DNA of 64,000 bases from positions 2,976,001 to 3,040,000 of the forward strand of contig NW_024704763.1 of the NCBI RefSeq assembly GCF_018977255.1, in the 5' to 3' direction. Shown here piece by piece: positions 31,041 to 44,600 of this stretch (its first letter is position 1; each line of letters opens with the position of its first letter). The notes beneath the pieces were generated by a model. It searched no databases. It was not told the origin of the DNA and saw only the letters and a list, made by a program, of their open reading frames with translations. This DNA comes from Callorhinchus milii. Lineage: Eukaryota. A program made the translations under genes and the position numbers.

Positions 31041-33375
31041 TGTTGTATTTATGTGCACAAATGCTTGCAAGAGGCAGGAGTGAACATGGCGTGACATGAC
31101 AATTATGAACTGTTCTCCAACCATAACCAGTCTGATCATAGTCCAAATGAATAGTCCAAACGATCAGGGTCAAAGTGTTGGAAAACACAGTTCTCAACTG
31201 TACGCAATTTTGACAGCAATAAAGAATACACTTCACATCAATTAAGCAACATCACAAATTTATGATCCCACATTGCATCTAATGTTACACAATTTCCATT
31301 CAATTGAATTAACAAGGATCTCGCATCACACTCACTTTTGTCAGTTTCAGATATAGTTACTTAAAGTTATCAGTGTAAAATAGTACCAGCATGAGTAAGT
31401 TTACAATCCACAAGGGTCAAGTTCAGGAACAAACCACGATCAACATGTAAAACTGCAGGACTTAATAAACTCAAAACACTGAAAAAAATGTCAAGGATCT
31501 ACTGTATGCCAAATGGCTGTTGCATTCAAACAAAAAATACACAACCATTAGACTTTACTGAAACTAAAGCACTTGGAGATGTCACTATGTAAAGTGCAGT
31601 ATATCAACTGAAGGAATTAAAAAAATAATTTTTCTATTCAGCTCAACCTGACTGTTTTTGAATAAATTGACGGAGATAGTCAAAGTACTATTACATTTTT
31701 GTTTTCCGTGCTTTTTTATGTGAAGAGCTTTGAGGTGCATCAACAATGTAATAAGGCGCTCAATCAAACGCAAAGGATTTTATTATTACTCTCATTATTT
31801 AACAAGATCTATGGCAAGGCTCATTGTCAGAGATTTCAAACAGGCACGTCTTTTAAACGAGTCGGTGTATGATTTCAGTCAACCAAGAAGTTTTTGAAAA
31901 ATTGACGCGTCTTCAGATTGAGGTTTGGCTTATGGCTGGATCACAGGCAAAACAGTAAAACGAAGCCTCAGCAGTCTTATTTCTGCTGGGCTGGTGATAT
32001 GGAGAGGCAGGCCCGCTCTCAGCCTTGTTAAACTTTAGTCAAATTAGGAAATAAATGCTTTGTCCAATTAAGAAATAAATGCTTTCAAATCAGTTTCAAA
32101 GTACTGCAGTCTTGAGCAGCAGAATTTTGCTCAGGCTATCTCTTCAAGCATGCACTGAATGCTCCTCTAACCCACAGGAATCCAATGTTGTGGGGAGGCT
32201 TTTTTCTCCTGAGTTTCTATGAGGGAGTAGATGACTGACAACATTCTTCATTCCAGCCTTATCTTAAAATGATACCCGTGGCTGAACAAGTGCCATATTA
32301 ATAATTACTTGCATTTAATATGGCACCCATCATGTCCGGTGCCCAGCCCAAACATCCCTTAAATAAAATTGGTCATAGACTTCATGGCCGTTTGTAGGAC
32401 ATCACTGTGTGCAAGTTGGCCCATAATGTGCGCAGTCGCTACACCTTACAGCAAAATTCTGTGAAGCATTTCGAGACAACTTCCAGACATGAAAAGCATA
32501 ATATAAGATCCAGTGATTATTATTATTATTTAATTTTTTTTGACAAAAATGGTCAGCGACTACGTGCATGGATTCACAAACGTTGACTTTGCAAGTGGAA
32601 ACTTGCAGCTCCAGTGAAAATGTTAAAGGGAACAAACTTGTGTTTGTTCCCTCACATTCCCTGCCAAACTCAAATTACTTATTTTCTGAAAACTTTCCCT
32701 CTGGAGATCAGAAAGATTTGAGCTGATGCTGGTGACCTCGGTTGTCAGAGGATCAAGTGCAGGAATTGGCAGCAAAGTTTTCCCCACAAACTGCTGCTTG
32801 GATATAGCTCAACTCCATTGCTGCAGGAGTCTGGAAGAATCATTACATTAGGAACGCTGGCTGATATTCCCTGACACCCCCTCCCGCCCCCACTCCCTCT
32901 CCCACCACTCATGTTCACGCTGCTTAACCCAGCTGCAGAGAGGCTAGACTGGGCTTAATTCAAACCAAGGTCCCTGAGGTGAAGGGAAAATGTACTGATA
33001 CAGAGAAGCAATTCATTCCAGATTTCTAGCAATTTGTCTTCAGAAACTGATTGTCAGGTCAGCAATTCCATCATTTCCTTCAACTGTTATCCAAGGAGAT
33101 CTAAAAAAAACAGCCCGATAGAACAGGGAGAGGCCATGAAACTCAACAATGTTGTTGCCATTTGAATGGTGAACGCCAGCTACCTGCCTTTTCACCGCAT
33201 CCCTTATCTCTCCAGTTGCCTTTTGAACTCATTTGTTTAACAAGCTTATTTTGCGCACAACTGTTCTGGATGACTTCTCTTCTGACCCTTAATAGGAAAT
33301 TAGGAACAAAAGAAGGACATTTGGTCCATTGAGCACATTCAGCCACGGACAAATCCATGGTCCTGAATGTAAGGT

Positions 33376-34095
33376 TGGAGTCCTGTAGCTCAGTGGTTAG
33401 AGCACTCGCTTTGCAAGTGAGTGACCTGAGTTCAATTCCAGGCAGAGGGCCAAACCTTGGGCAAGTTTCCTTACTCCACACACCTAATAATAATCCCTCC
33501 AAAACCCAAAACAATAATAAATTGGTCATTTTCAATCTACGACTGTTTGTGGGACATTGCTGTGCGCAATCGGCCGCCGCGTTCGCCCACAAATATACAG
33601 TCAATTCACTTCACAGTGTGTTCTGTGAAGCGCTTTGGGACGTCCTCCCGACGTGAAAAACGCTATATCAAATGCAAGGATTATTATTATTATTAAGGTA
33701 TTAACTTCAGGCTGGAATAGACCGTTAGTTCACTTGGCCTACACAGCTAATTCACCACAAGATTCCTCTTATCATTCTCTTTATTGAATAACTCAAAACC
33801 CTTCAGACCGACAAAATATTATCAAGTTTCCTTATTCCACACGCCTCTGTTTACCTAGCCGGAAGCAGGAACATGGTTGTTAGTCGATTGGCGGATCACT
33901 TTCTGGGGTAATAACTCCCCTCAAAAAATGTGCTCATTCAACCCACGACTGTTTGTGGGACGCTGCTGTGTCCAATTGGCTGCCAAGTTTCGCCCACGAT
34001 ATACAGTCACTCCACTTCATAGTATATTCTGCAAAGCACTTTGAGATGTCTCAAAGTCGGGATAAGGCGCTATATCAAATGCAAGGATTATTATA
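33376..34095 (+). mobile_element. Two tandem SINE copies: full-length short variant 33376-33694 and 5'-truncated long variant 33824-34095
   Basis: Same head/body/tail motifs as the other copies. Confidence 0.88.
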
Positions 34096-37000
34096 AGGAT
34101 TATGTTAAAAGAACCTTAACCCAAATGGATTGTGTAGTGGCAATGTCCATAAAATACACTTCATGAGAATGCAGTGCTTGACTTATCATGAAGGTGCGCC
34201 CAACACAGAATATGTTATGATTCCGCTTCACTCAATCAACAAATACTAACTGGAAACAGATGGCCTTGAACAGTGCTTTTCTGTTAATATCGTGCATTCC
34301 AATGGGCCTCGGGGAAGCAGTCCCTTTGAAAGAAACTTTGAAATTAGCATTTAAAATGGCCCTCTAAACATCACAATAATTACAAAACTCAAAAGAAAAT
34401 ATTGTATTTGTGATATTTCAGGTTAGGGTACTGTGGTGAATCTTAACAGTGTTCTCAGTAAACCCTAAATAATGTTTATCGCTAACAAAAAGAAAGCCAG
34501 GACATTTTGCCAAGAGGCAGAGTTTAAGAAGCACAGGACAACAAGCTGCAACGGTTTTGGTTATCATTCAGGGCAGGATTTTCAGCAACAAGTTAATTAA
34601 CATTGTTGACATATAGTTGGGCATTAACACCTGTGTTAACACATCACGGGATGCAATTTCAACTGCTTGTTAAAGAGAAGAAACCAATTACTTTTTGAAT
34701 CTGCTGATTCATAGGAATGAATGTTGCAACTTAATCTGCGTGTTAAGAGCGAGAACTGAACGAGCAAGGCTTGCCCTGTAAAAAAAAATATTAATAATCA
34801 TCAAAACAGTTATAATTTATTGGGAAATGGAAGATAGCAGGGGTGGGGGGGGAGGGGTTGTGACAGGGAGAATGAGAGAGCGAGGCACAAGGAGCTGAGA
34901 GGATGACAAGGATTATTAAACAAGAAAAAGAACAAAACACGAACATACATTTGGAAGTTATTTGGAAGCAAAATTCAAAACAGAGTCTTTCGGTCCTAAA
35001 TCAGAGAAGCTGGGGATTTTGCAAAGCACAACACGCACAGTCTTTATAAATTGCCTCTGTTTCCCTCTTCTTCAGTTTAAAACACTAAGCCAGTTGGCTG
35101 AGGTTAAACATATTCTATTATCTTAAGTAAAGAGAAACAGCTACTCTTATTCTTGCGGTAGAACACAATATGTCAGTGGAGCATTCTCCGTAACATTTAC
35201 TCTAGAGCAGACATATTGTAGGTATGTTGTAGCACCAAAGGGCTGGGGAATAGTATATGTCCTATCTGTCAGTCTGGCTCAGTTGATAGCATTCTTGTGC
35301 ACACGATATTAACACAATAAGAGTGAGTACTTTCTTACAGAGAAGTCACACTCTCCATTCTCCAGCCCTGATTTTCTAGTTGTGCAATATACAATGATTG
35401 GATGCAATAACATTAATTGCTTGTGCTGTGTTTAAACAACAAAATAGCTATATTTAGCCTTCTATTCACTCATGTCACGGTCTGGTGATAGAAAACAAGC
35501 TTAATTGGGAGTAAAGATTTGTGAGTGACAGCGGAAAGATGAAATGCGTTTTGGGAAAGAAGATTTCTCATCAGGATAATTAAGTTGCAAACCTAATGCC
35601 ATCAGAAGCACGTGTCAAAGACTCAGGTATTGTAGTACATTAGGAAGAAAAGATTGTGTCCTTAGGTCTTCATAAGATTTCTGTGTATTTCAGAGTCTTG
35701 TAAGTTTGTTTGTGCCGAGTTTTCCAGGCACAACATAATGTGGGCATCAGTGCCCAGTGGCTCATGCTGTGCGGAAGGATGACAATAGAGAATTATTTAA
35801 TATTGAAACTCATAGAGTTCAGCCATCAGGTGCAGCCTTGATCAGACTCAAAAGCACTTTTCATATGAAATTTCATATGATATTTCCACTTTGCACGTCC
35901 AAAGGGTTCCTACACATCCAATGGCAAAATGTATCCTTGAGGTGACAAAGGCACAGATAAGGGTTTCAGTTACAAAGTGAATAAAACAACAACAATAAAT
36001 TACATTTGTACAGTGCCTTTCACATTGTGAGAACGTCCCAAGGCACTGGACAGTCAAGGATTTGCACCTGAGCTGGGGGTTGAGACCAGGAGGGGTGGAG
36101 GGCAGGGAGGGTGGAGGTAGGAGAGTGACTGAAAGTGAGATCGAAGAGCAAAGTCTTGAGAAAGCCCTGACCAGATTCAAAAACACTAAGCACAAAAGAA
36201 TAAGGTGAGGATGAGGCGGCAATGTTCCACAGGGGAAGGAGATACTGGCGGTGAGAGCCCAGCTGAGAAACAAACTGAATGCTACCAGCTGTACACTATC
36301 TGGTTGAGTCTGTGTGAGCAGCAGGAGATGATGGAGTCAGAGCCAGAGGTAAGTGGTTGCTGGTGAGAAATGAACCAGGTGCACTTTTGGTCAGAAAATC
36401 ACCCCTCTCGGCTGTTCCAAAGTACCGAACCTTCATTGGGTTGCGATGTAAGTGAAGGATTGAGAAATCATTCAAAATGTCAAAGCAACTTTGTTTTACA
36501 GCGTTATCAGGCTAATTATACTGAGAAGGTTTTTTTAAAAATAAAAGGCTTCTACAATAGTTCATCCATCTTTAATCCTAGTTGGTCTTTTTCCAGTCAG
36601 CTAATATAATGTGTACAAACACTGGAAAATTCTCCCTCAATCTCTATGCCTTACGCTCTCCTTCCCATCTTCGTGCCTGAAGACCTTCCTCTTTGACCTT
36701 GCCTAGGGTCACCTCCCACCTCCCTCTGGCTCGGTGTTGTGCTCCGCCACTGTCAAGTGCTGTGGGATGCTACCCTAGCTGAGGAGCACTAGACAAATGC
36801 AAGGTATTGTTGTATATGAGACCTCTGTTAGAGGTTGTGTGTGTGTCATTTCTAAACTAGCTTCTAAGTGAAGTGATCTAGAATATTTTCCAAAATTCTG
36901 CACAATTTTAAGGCAATTGTCTTAAAGCTAAGGTGACGTGTAAGAAATTTCAGGTCTCAGGAATGCTCTCTGTGGTAGAACAGTCCGTTCACTGCTTCGT

Positions 37001-38629
37001 GGAGGATGGTCACTTGGCAAAACACTACTGGGAAAAAGAAAGGAGTTTCTCCCTGTGTCTTGGCCAACGATCCCTCAGATAAAATGAATTGTTCACTTTG
37101 TGGCTGTTCGTGAGACTTTGCTGTGCACAAATTGGCTGCACATTCACCTTCAAAAATGCACAGTCCTGCACTTTACAGTAAATCATATGAAGTGTTCTGA
37201 GGCACAAAGGGAGCTATATCACATCCAAGGGTTATTATTATTAAATCAGCACCTGTAGTAGGGTGACAAAGGAACATAAGAACATAGGAATTGTTAGAAG
37301 AAAAAAGATCAAGGTCTATTTAGTTCACTTTCTACCATTCTGGTGGTCGAATGGCACAATAATGGAGATGTTGCTAATAATGATTCCTGCATGGATTAGT
37401 CTACAACAGAGCGGAGAGCTTAGGAAACCTTAGATCCACAGTTGCCTAATTCTTCCAAGCCATACTACACTTACTATATGTTATGACTCAAATTACTCAT
37501 ATAATGTATCCTCAAATATTATTATCTAAAAGAAATTTGGTTTGAAGGAATCAACACTTTCTGGTTCCAGGGGTTGAATTTAAAAAATAGACAAATTAAA
37601 AGCTGATGCGTACTGGATATTGCCTTGTTATAACCTCATTAGCTTTTATTTGTGTGTTGTCATGGTCAGGTGAACTTTATGGCAGATTGTATCTTGAAAC
37701 CTATCATATTAGGAATGTGCTATCGATAAACAATGATATTTGCTGTCGTCATAAATTGTACAACCTTATGAAAGGAACTGGGGCCAAATCCACAGCTGAG
37801 GAAAACGGAGAGGGCAGATCTCACAAAGAAGGGATGCTCTGAGAAGAAAGAGGCAACAGAGGGGATTTTTTTGTGAGGGAAAGTTAAGAAGACATGTCTC
37901 CCAAGTCTAGACCCTACCTGTAGTGGAGTGCATTCACCCTTTGTGCTTGATCAAATGTGTACCACAAAATGCACATCAATTCACTTTACAGTACATCTTG
38001 TGAAGTGCTTTGAGGCGTCTTGACGAAGTGGTAAGGCGCTATATCAAATGCAAGGATTGTTATTACTATGATATTATATTCAAACATAAGTCTCAAAATT
38101 AAAGATCTGGCCAAGGAGATTAAACGATTAAACACGAGAAATAAGAAGATAATTGTGCAAGTGTAAACTGGAATAGCAGATAGGATCATTTATTTAGCCC
38201 ATGGGAGTGGAATTCCAATATATTTCAGATGTTGCCTTAGTTTTGCACAAAATACTGTGCACCAAATGATCAACCTTAGAAAAAGAATGTATGATTTGTT
38301 TATTCTTGGTAACTATCGCAAGAATGAGCAGTACAAGAATAAACACGAATCAATCATTTAAATGATTTTAATTATTTAGGAATTTATTTTTCCTGAAATC
38401 ACTTTAATAAAACTAATAGTTTGTTGAGTTTCTCCCAAAGGAGCAAGTTTCTGGCAAGTCTCCAACTTGGAGATATCAAAGAGGTAAACGGAGGTTAAAG
38501 CATTGTTGTAAAGGAGTAATAAATAACAAGCCTTGCATTTGGAATAGCACCTTATCACGTCCTTGCGATGTCTCAAAGCACTTACTGTTGAGTTTAGAAA
38601 CTTGTATATGGAGAGGAAACTCTAAATGC

Positions 38630-39005
38630 TGGAGTTCCCCAATGTATTGATTAGAGCACTTACCTCGCTAGCTGGAGGACCTGGGTTCTATTCCCGGACA
38701 GGGCAAAACCTTAGGCAAGTTTCCTTACTCCACATGCCTCCGTTTACTTAGCAGTAAGTAGGAACCCTGTTGTTAGTCAATTGGTGGATTGTTTTCCAGG
38801 GGTAATAAACCCTTGCAAAAAAATAATAATAATCATTTTGATCACTCAATTCACAACTGTTTGTAGAACCCTGCTGTGTATAATTGGCTGCCACGTTTTG
38901 CCCACAAAGTACAGTCAATCCACTTTACAGTATATCCTGTGAAGCCCTTTGAGCAGTCTCGAGAACATAACAAGGCCCTGTATCAAATGCAATGATTATT
39001 ATGAT
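38630..39005 (+). mobile_element. tRNA-derived SINE, long variant, decayed
   Basis: Head, gtttacttagcagtaagtaggaaccc body and atcaaatgcaa tail present. Confidence 0.8.
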
Positions 39006-39911
39006 TAAGACTGTCAGAGAAAAAAAAGGCAAAAATAACCTTAGTGTTCATTCTTTTGTTGGATTCTCGGACCCTCCTTTTGGTACAGTCTCTGTTGCGA
39101 AACAACATTAATCTGCCGGATTATCTGCAAACAATTCCAAATGTGTTTGTGACTAAAAATTTGCTTTGACCTTGTGAGTTCCATATCACTGGAGAATTCT
39201 TTTGTGTAAAGTAACTCTTGACTCAGACTGACAGTTACAGTCTGTTCAAGCCAAGGCAGATGTTATATATTTGCAGCAAAATAATACATAACTTGTTTTT
39301 AAGCTGAAACAAAGTTTATGACAAATAATCATGACAGACACCTTCCCACCACAAATTAGAAATAAAAGAAAAGTCTGTCAGTGTGGGAAATCTGAAATCA
39401 AGACAGAAATCAAAGCTGAAAAGCCACAGTTGATGACCTGAACATAAAAAGTAAATTAATATTCTTGGAGTATGACTTCATTACAACAACATTTAACCCT
39501 GCAAGTCAATGCCCTAAGAGTAGGGTGTGTTCTAGCTGGAAAAGAGTGAGAAGCTTGCCAGATAGTGCTCTCAATGGCAAGCTTTGTGAATGTAGCTGGT
39601 TAAACTCCAACAGTCTTGGTTTGCCAAGCCTTGGCTCTTGCCAACCTGCACTTAATACTCTTTGGAATTAGGTGAAATAGTGGAGCACTCCTCCAGGGAG
39701 AGAGTGCACTTTCCATTCCTGACAACAGACATTTCTACATAGAGAGGATATATATATGTGGAACTCTATTTTTTGGATACCCTTACGCACTATGATGGGT
39801 TTTCCCATGTGTCAAACACTCGGCTGACCAAAAAGAAATCACAACAAAACTCTCTGTCTTTTCTCTTCTAGACCGTGACTGATGCTCAGTAGATTCCCTT
39901 ACCCTTCCTCC

Positions 39912-40300
39912 TCAACAACAACAACTTGCATTTATACAGCACCCCTCACGCAGGGCAGTGTCCAAGGGCATTTGACAGTGGTGGAGCATGACGCCGAGCC
40001 GGGGGGAGGTGACTGTAAGCACGGTTGAAGGGGAAGGTCTTCAGGTGCAACCTAAAGATGGGGAAGGAGATGGGAGGTGGAGGGATTTAGGGAGAGTATT
40101 CAAGAGTTTTAGGGTCGAAGTGACTGAAAGCGCTGTCACCGGTAGTGGAACGGAGGGCACAAGGGACAAGCAGGAGGCCGGAGTCAGTCGAATGGGGGAA
40201 CAGACAGGGGGTTGGGGAGTAAGCAGGTTGAAGAGGTGGGGAGGTGCCAGGGCATAAAGGAATCTGAAGAGGAGTGTGAGGGTTTTGAAATCGATCCATT
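39912..40300 (-). mobile_element. L2 LINE 3' fragment
   Basis: IDFKTLTLLFRFLYALAPPHL in ORF 40041-40394; (CAA)n tail at 39913-39925. Confidence 0.75.
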
Positions 40301-41164
40301 TGGTAATAGTAAACCTCAGAGCAACGTACACTACTTGCCAAATGAACTGAGACACTTTTCCTTCATAGCTCCACCTTCTTGAGAAATGCACCACCTAAAA
40401 TTGCTTCACATGTGCGATTTTCAACTGTGGTCTCCAACCGAATCTCACACAACTGAATACAATATATAAAGTGCACTTTGCAGTATATTGTGTGAGGCGC
40501 TTCCAGACATTTCGAAGACGTGATAAGGTGCTATATCAACTGCAAGGGTTATTATTATTATTATTTTAAGATCTGTACTTCTATCTTAGTAAGTGATCCT
40601 GCCGCCAGAACTTGAAGTTTCTGTAATAATAATTCTTACATCCGATGGAGCGCCTTATCCCATCGTTGAGACCTCTCTAAGCGCTTCGCAGGATCTACTG
40701 TAAAGTGGGATATGCCCGCGAAGCACCGACTCGTGCAAAATCGATTGGTTTTATGAACTCATTCGAGCTATTTTGATCGTAAAAGACACTGCTCGCCTTC
40801 GATCCTTCGATTCAACTTTTTATACCTTCGCAAAATGCCTGGTTTCACAATTTTACTGCAACACACACACTTATCCAGTGCGGATCAGCTATTTCTTTGG
40901 GGGCCAAACAGTGTCTGAATTGAGAGCCAAGTTAGAAAACCCATGACGTCGAGTCTTTTCTTGAATGACTTTTTTTCTACCACTATTCGTTGAAAAGGAG
41001 GGAGCAATTTCTCTCTCTCTCTCTCTCTCCTCCCTCCCTCCCTCTCTCCCTCTCTCTCTCCCTCTCTCCTTCTCCGAGTCTCGTAGTAGATACGGTACCA
41101 GGACTTTGGAAATCAACCGCATTACAAACCCAACGAAGGACACTCGACCCAACGGAGAGCTCCA

Positions 41165-41350
41165 AGTTGGTTAATGTTTAAACCCATTAACTCGTCGACA
41201 AGTAAGAAGTTTACGAGGTGAGTGAGTGGGTGGGGGTGTGAGTGGGTGGGTGAGTGGGTGGGGGTGTGAGTGGGGGTGGGTGGGTGGGTGGGGGGTGTTA
41301 ATATAAAGCCTGACTCGGATCTCGGGTGCATTCTCACTTGCAGGGCTCCA
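41165..41350 (+). promoter_or_regulatory. Putative ANPEP proximal promoter: HNF1-like site, GT boxes, TATA, Inr
   Basis: GTTAATGTTTAAA 41170-41182, GGGTGGG boxes 41228-41295, TATAAA 41302-41307, TCACTT Inr-like ~41334-41339. An HNF1 + Sp1 + TATA layout is known for the mammalian epithelial ANPEP promoter. Confidence 0.55.
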
Positions 41351-41473
41351 GTGAGTGAGTGAGTGAGTTAGTCAGTTAGTTAGTTAGTGAGTGAGTGAGT
41401 GAGTGAGTGAGTGAGTGAGTGAGTTAGTCAGTTAGTTAGTGAGTTAGTGAGTGAGTGAGTGAGTGAGTGAGTG

Positions 41474-41508
<35 letters not shown>

Positions 41509-41511
41509 GAG
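41351..41511 (+). repeat. (GTGA)n/(GTTA)n/(GTAA)n compound microsatellite running into gap 41512-41666
   Basis: Direct reading. Confidence 0.9.
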
Positions 41512-41668
41512 NNNNNNNNNNNNNNNNNNNNNNNNNNNNNNNNNNNNNNNNNNNNNNNNNNNNNNNNNNNNNNNNNNNNNNNNNNNNNNNNNNNNNNNNN
41601 NNNNNNNNNNNNNNNNNNNNNNNNNNNNNNNNNNNNNNNNNNNNNNNNNNNNNNNNNNNNNNNNNNCA

Positions 41669-44600
41669 ATGGGGAAAGGGTTCTACATCTCCCGGACTCT
41701 GGCCGTGGTGGGCATCCTCTTGGCCGCCTCGGCCATCGCTGTGATCGTCGCGTTGGCTGTGGTCTACGCCCGAGAGATGGACCGGAGCGGCGGAGAGCCA
41801 CTGCCCTCGGAGGGAAGCTCCGCTGCGCCCACCGTCAACCACCACAGCACCGCAGCCCCGTCCAACCCCTGGAACAGGTACCGGTTACCGGACGCCCTGG
41901 TGCCCAGTCACTACGAGGTCTTCCTGTGGCCCCGTTTGGAGAGAGACAGCGAGAAAGACTACTTCTTCACCGGTAACTCCACCGCCTACTTCGACTGCGT
42001 CCGGAGCACCGACTTGATCCTCATCCACAGCCACGAGCTGAGCTACACCGCGTCCGGGGGCTTCCACGCCGAGTTGCGGGCGCTCGACTCCGCTTCTGCT
42101 CCGGGTATCCGGAGGTCGTGGCTGGAGACCCAGACCCAGTTCCTGGTGATCGAGTTGGACGACCTCCTGAAGGCGGATCGCCGGTACTCTCTGCACACGG
42201 TTTTCGAAGGGAAATTGGCCGATGACCTGACGGGGTTTTACAGGAGCCAATACATCGATGAAAACGGTAACGTCAGGTGAGTGTGGTCCCCACTCCCACT
42301 CCCCACTCCCACTCCCCCTCTCTCTCTCTCTCTCTCTCACTCTCTTTTATAGTCGTATAAGATAATGTAATGTGATATAATTTGATGGTAGATATGTTAC
42401 CGTGATTTGCTTTTACGGGGTCCGCGCCCGCGTCCGCGTCCGCGCCCGCGCCCGCGAGCAGCGGCGGCGGCGTTCCTGTCGTTGCGCTCGTTTCTTTGTA
42501 GGAAATATCGCGTTCGTTTCTTTGTCCGCCTATTGGTGGAGTGCGTTAACGACGTGATATTGATATCGTGTTATAATATTAGGGCGAAACCATAGCTGTA
42601 TCGAATGCAAGGATTATTATTATTATTATTGTTATTATTGTTATTATTGTTACAGGTAAGTTTCCTTACTCCGCGCGCCTCTCGTTACCCGGCAGTAAGC
42701 AGGAACCCGGTTGTGAGTCGATTGGCGGATCGCATTTCTGGGCGTTAATAATCCCTCCAAAAAAAAAAAGGAAAGCATTTAAAATAATATAACTTGGCCG
42801 CTCAATCCACGGCTGTTTGTGGGACGCCGCTGGGCGCAATTGGCTGCCGCCTTTCGCCCACAAAGTACATGTGCAACACGAAACATATCTATCTCAGTCT
42901 CGAATATGTTCAAGGTGTGATAAGGCGCTATATCAAATGCAAGGATTATGATTATCATTCTTAATGTTATATGCATCCAAGTAAAGCCAACCCACTTTCT
43001 AGTTAGAAGACAGAGATAAATCACCTATTTATGATGTTGCAATGGCTTATTGCAGTGCAAACAATTAATTGCTTTCATTAAAGTCATGTTGCAATACCAG
43101 AATCCAGTAATTTATCAACAGGACTGTATCATGACATCTATAACACAGGGATTGTGGGCTTCTTTTATTTAGAAATTGAGGTCAATATTTTTTGGCTAAT
43201 CTGCAATCCAGTCTTTACCAATAAATTAAGGCAACGCCACAAATTTTTAAAAAAAGAAACAGTGTAGAGAATTCTATTTATTTTAACGACATAAAACAAA
43301 ACAGTTTTCACTAATGAAATCAAGAAAGTTATCTGAAATGACAGAGAGAGAAAAACAGTTGTTGCTATTACCTCAACAGTTTTTTACACCGTTGCCACTG
43401 AACACTTTGTGTCTCTTCCAATACCGAGTAACACAATTCTATGTGGGATTGTGTCTCGGCCACCTCAGCCCCTTTGTATAGTGTATGTACATATTAAAAA
43501 AAACTTGCATTTGATGTAGTGATTTACGTCAAAATGTTTTAAAACGCTCCACAGAATGAGTTGTTTCGAAGTGTAGTGATGCTGTAAATTTGGGCAAAAG
43601 CTACAGTTAATCTATACCAGGTTTAGCTCCGTGAACAATGGTGACATGAATCACGTATCCTGATGGGTTAGGATGGGGGAGGAATGTTGGCCAGTGCTAC
43701 TGGGAGAACTTCACTGCACTTCTTTGCAATGGTGCTGTGGGTCCCTTTAGCATTTAGCATTTAGCCAACCAGTGGCCTGCGGGCCGTCAAGAAGACTGGC
43801 CTCCCCCCCCACCCCAAAAAAAAAACATTTGCTGGATTAGTAGTGTGTTTTCAGGTTTTTCTCGATTAAATATTTCTTGATTTCTGGCATAAATCATGAA
43901 TTTGTGGCATCAATGAAGAACTATTCATCGAAGAACATTTATTTTGTTGGCCCAACCTTAAAGGTTGGCCACCACTGATCTGAATAGATGGAGGAGGATT
44001 ATCATATCGAAAGGAAGGCTGCTGCAGCAATGCAGCTGTTCCCCACCAACCCTCACCCTCTCCATCATCCCTCAGTGCTTCTGTAATATGCTGGATTGTC
44101 AGCCTGGGTTATATGAGTTGAGGGGCTCTATCCTTCTGACCCAGGGGTAAGAGTGCAACCAACTGAGCCAAAGTGACCTTTGCAGACACCATTCATGCCT
44201 TGGATCAGGAAGAGGAGACACTGAGAGAGGAAATAATTGGACAAGTCTTAGTAACTAGTCACGTAATGACTGATGGGGGCCTGCAGCTGGAGTCCCTATC
44301 CACAACTAATGTTATGTCAATGCTGGAAGAAACACAACATTGAGAGGCTCATGATGGATGTGCTGCATATTTTGACCACTTCATTCGCCTTTCCTCTAAT
44401 CTGTTGATTTTTTTAAAAGTATTATTGCAACGACTCAGATGCAACCAACTGATGCCAGGAAAGCGTTTCCTTGCTTTGATGAGCCGGCCATGAAAGCCAA
44501 CTTCAGCATAACACTAGTCCACAAACCAAAGCACAAAGCATTGTCCAACATGCCAGCAATCAGTAAGTACATTCCAGAGGTTTCATTGACTGACTGATAG

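Noticed and set aside
35165-35219. 10-bp inverted repeat acaatatgtc/gacatattgt
   Set aside because: Single short stem in intergenic DNA without snoRNA boxes; plausible by chance.
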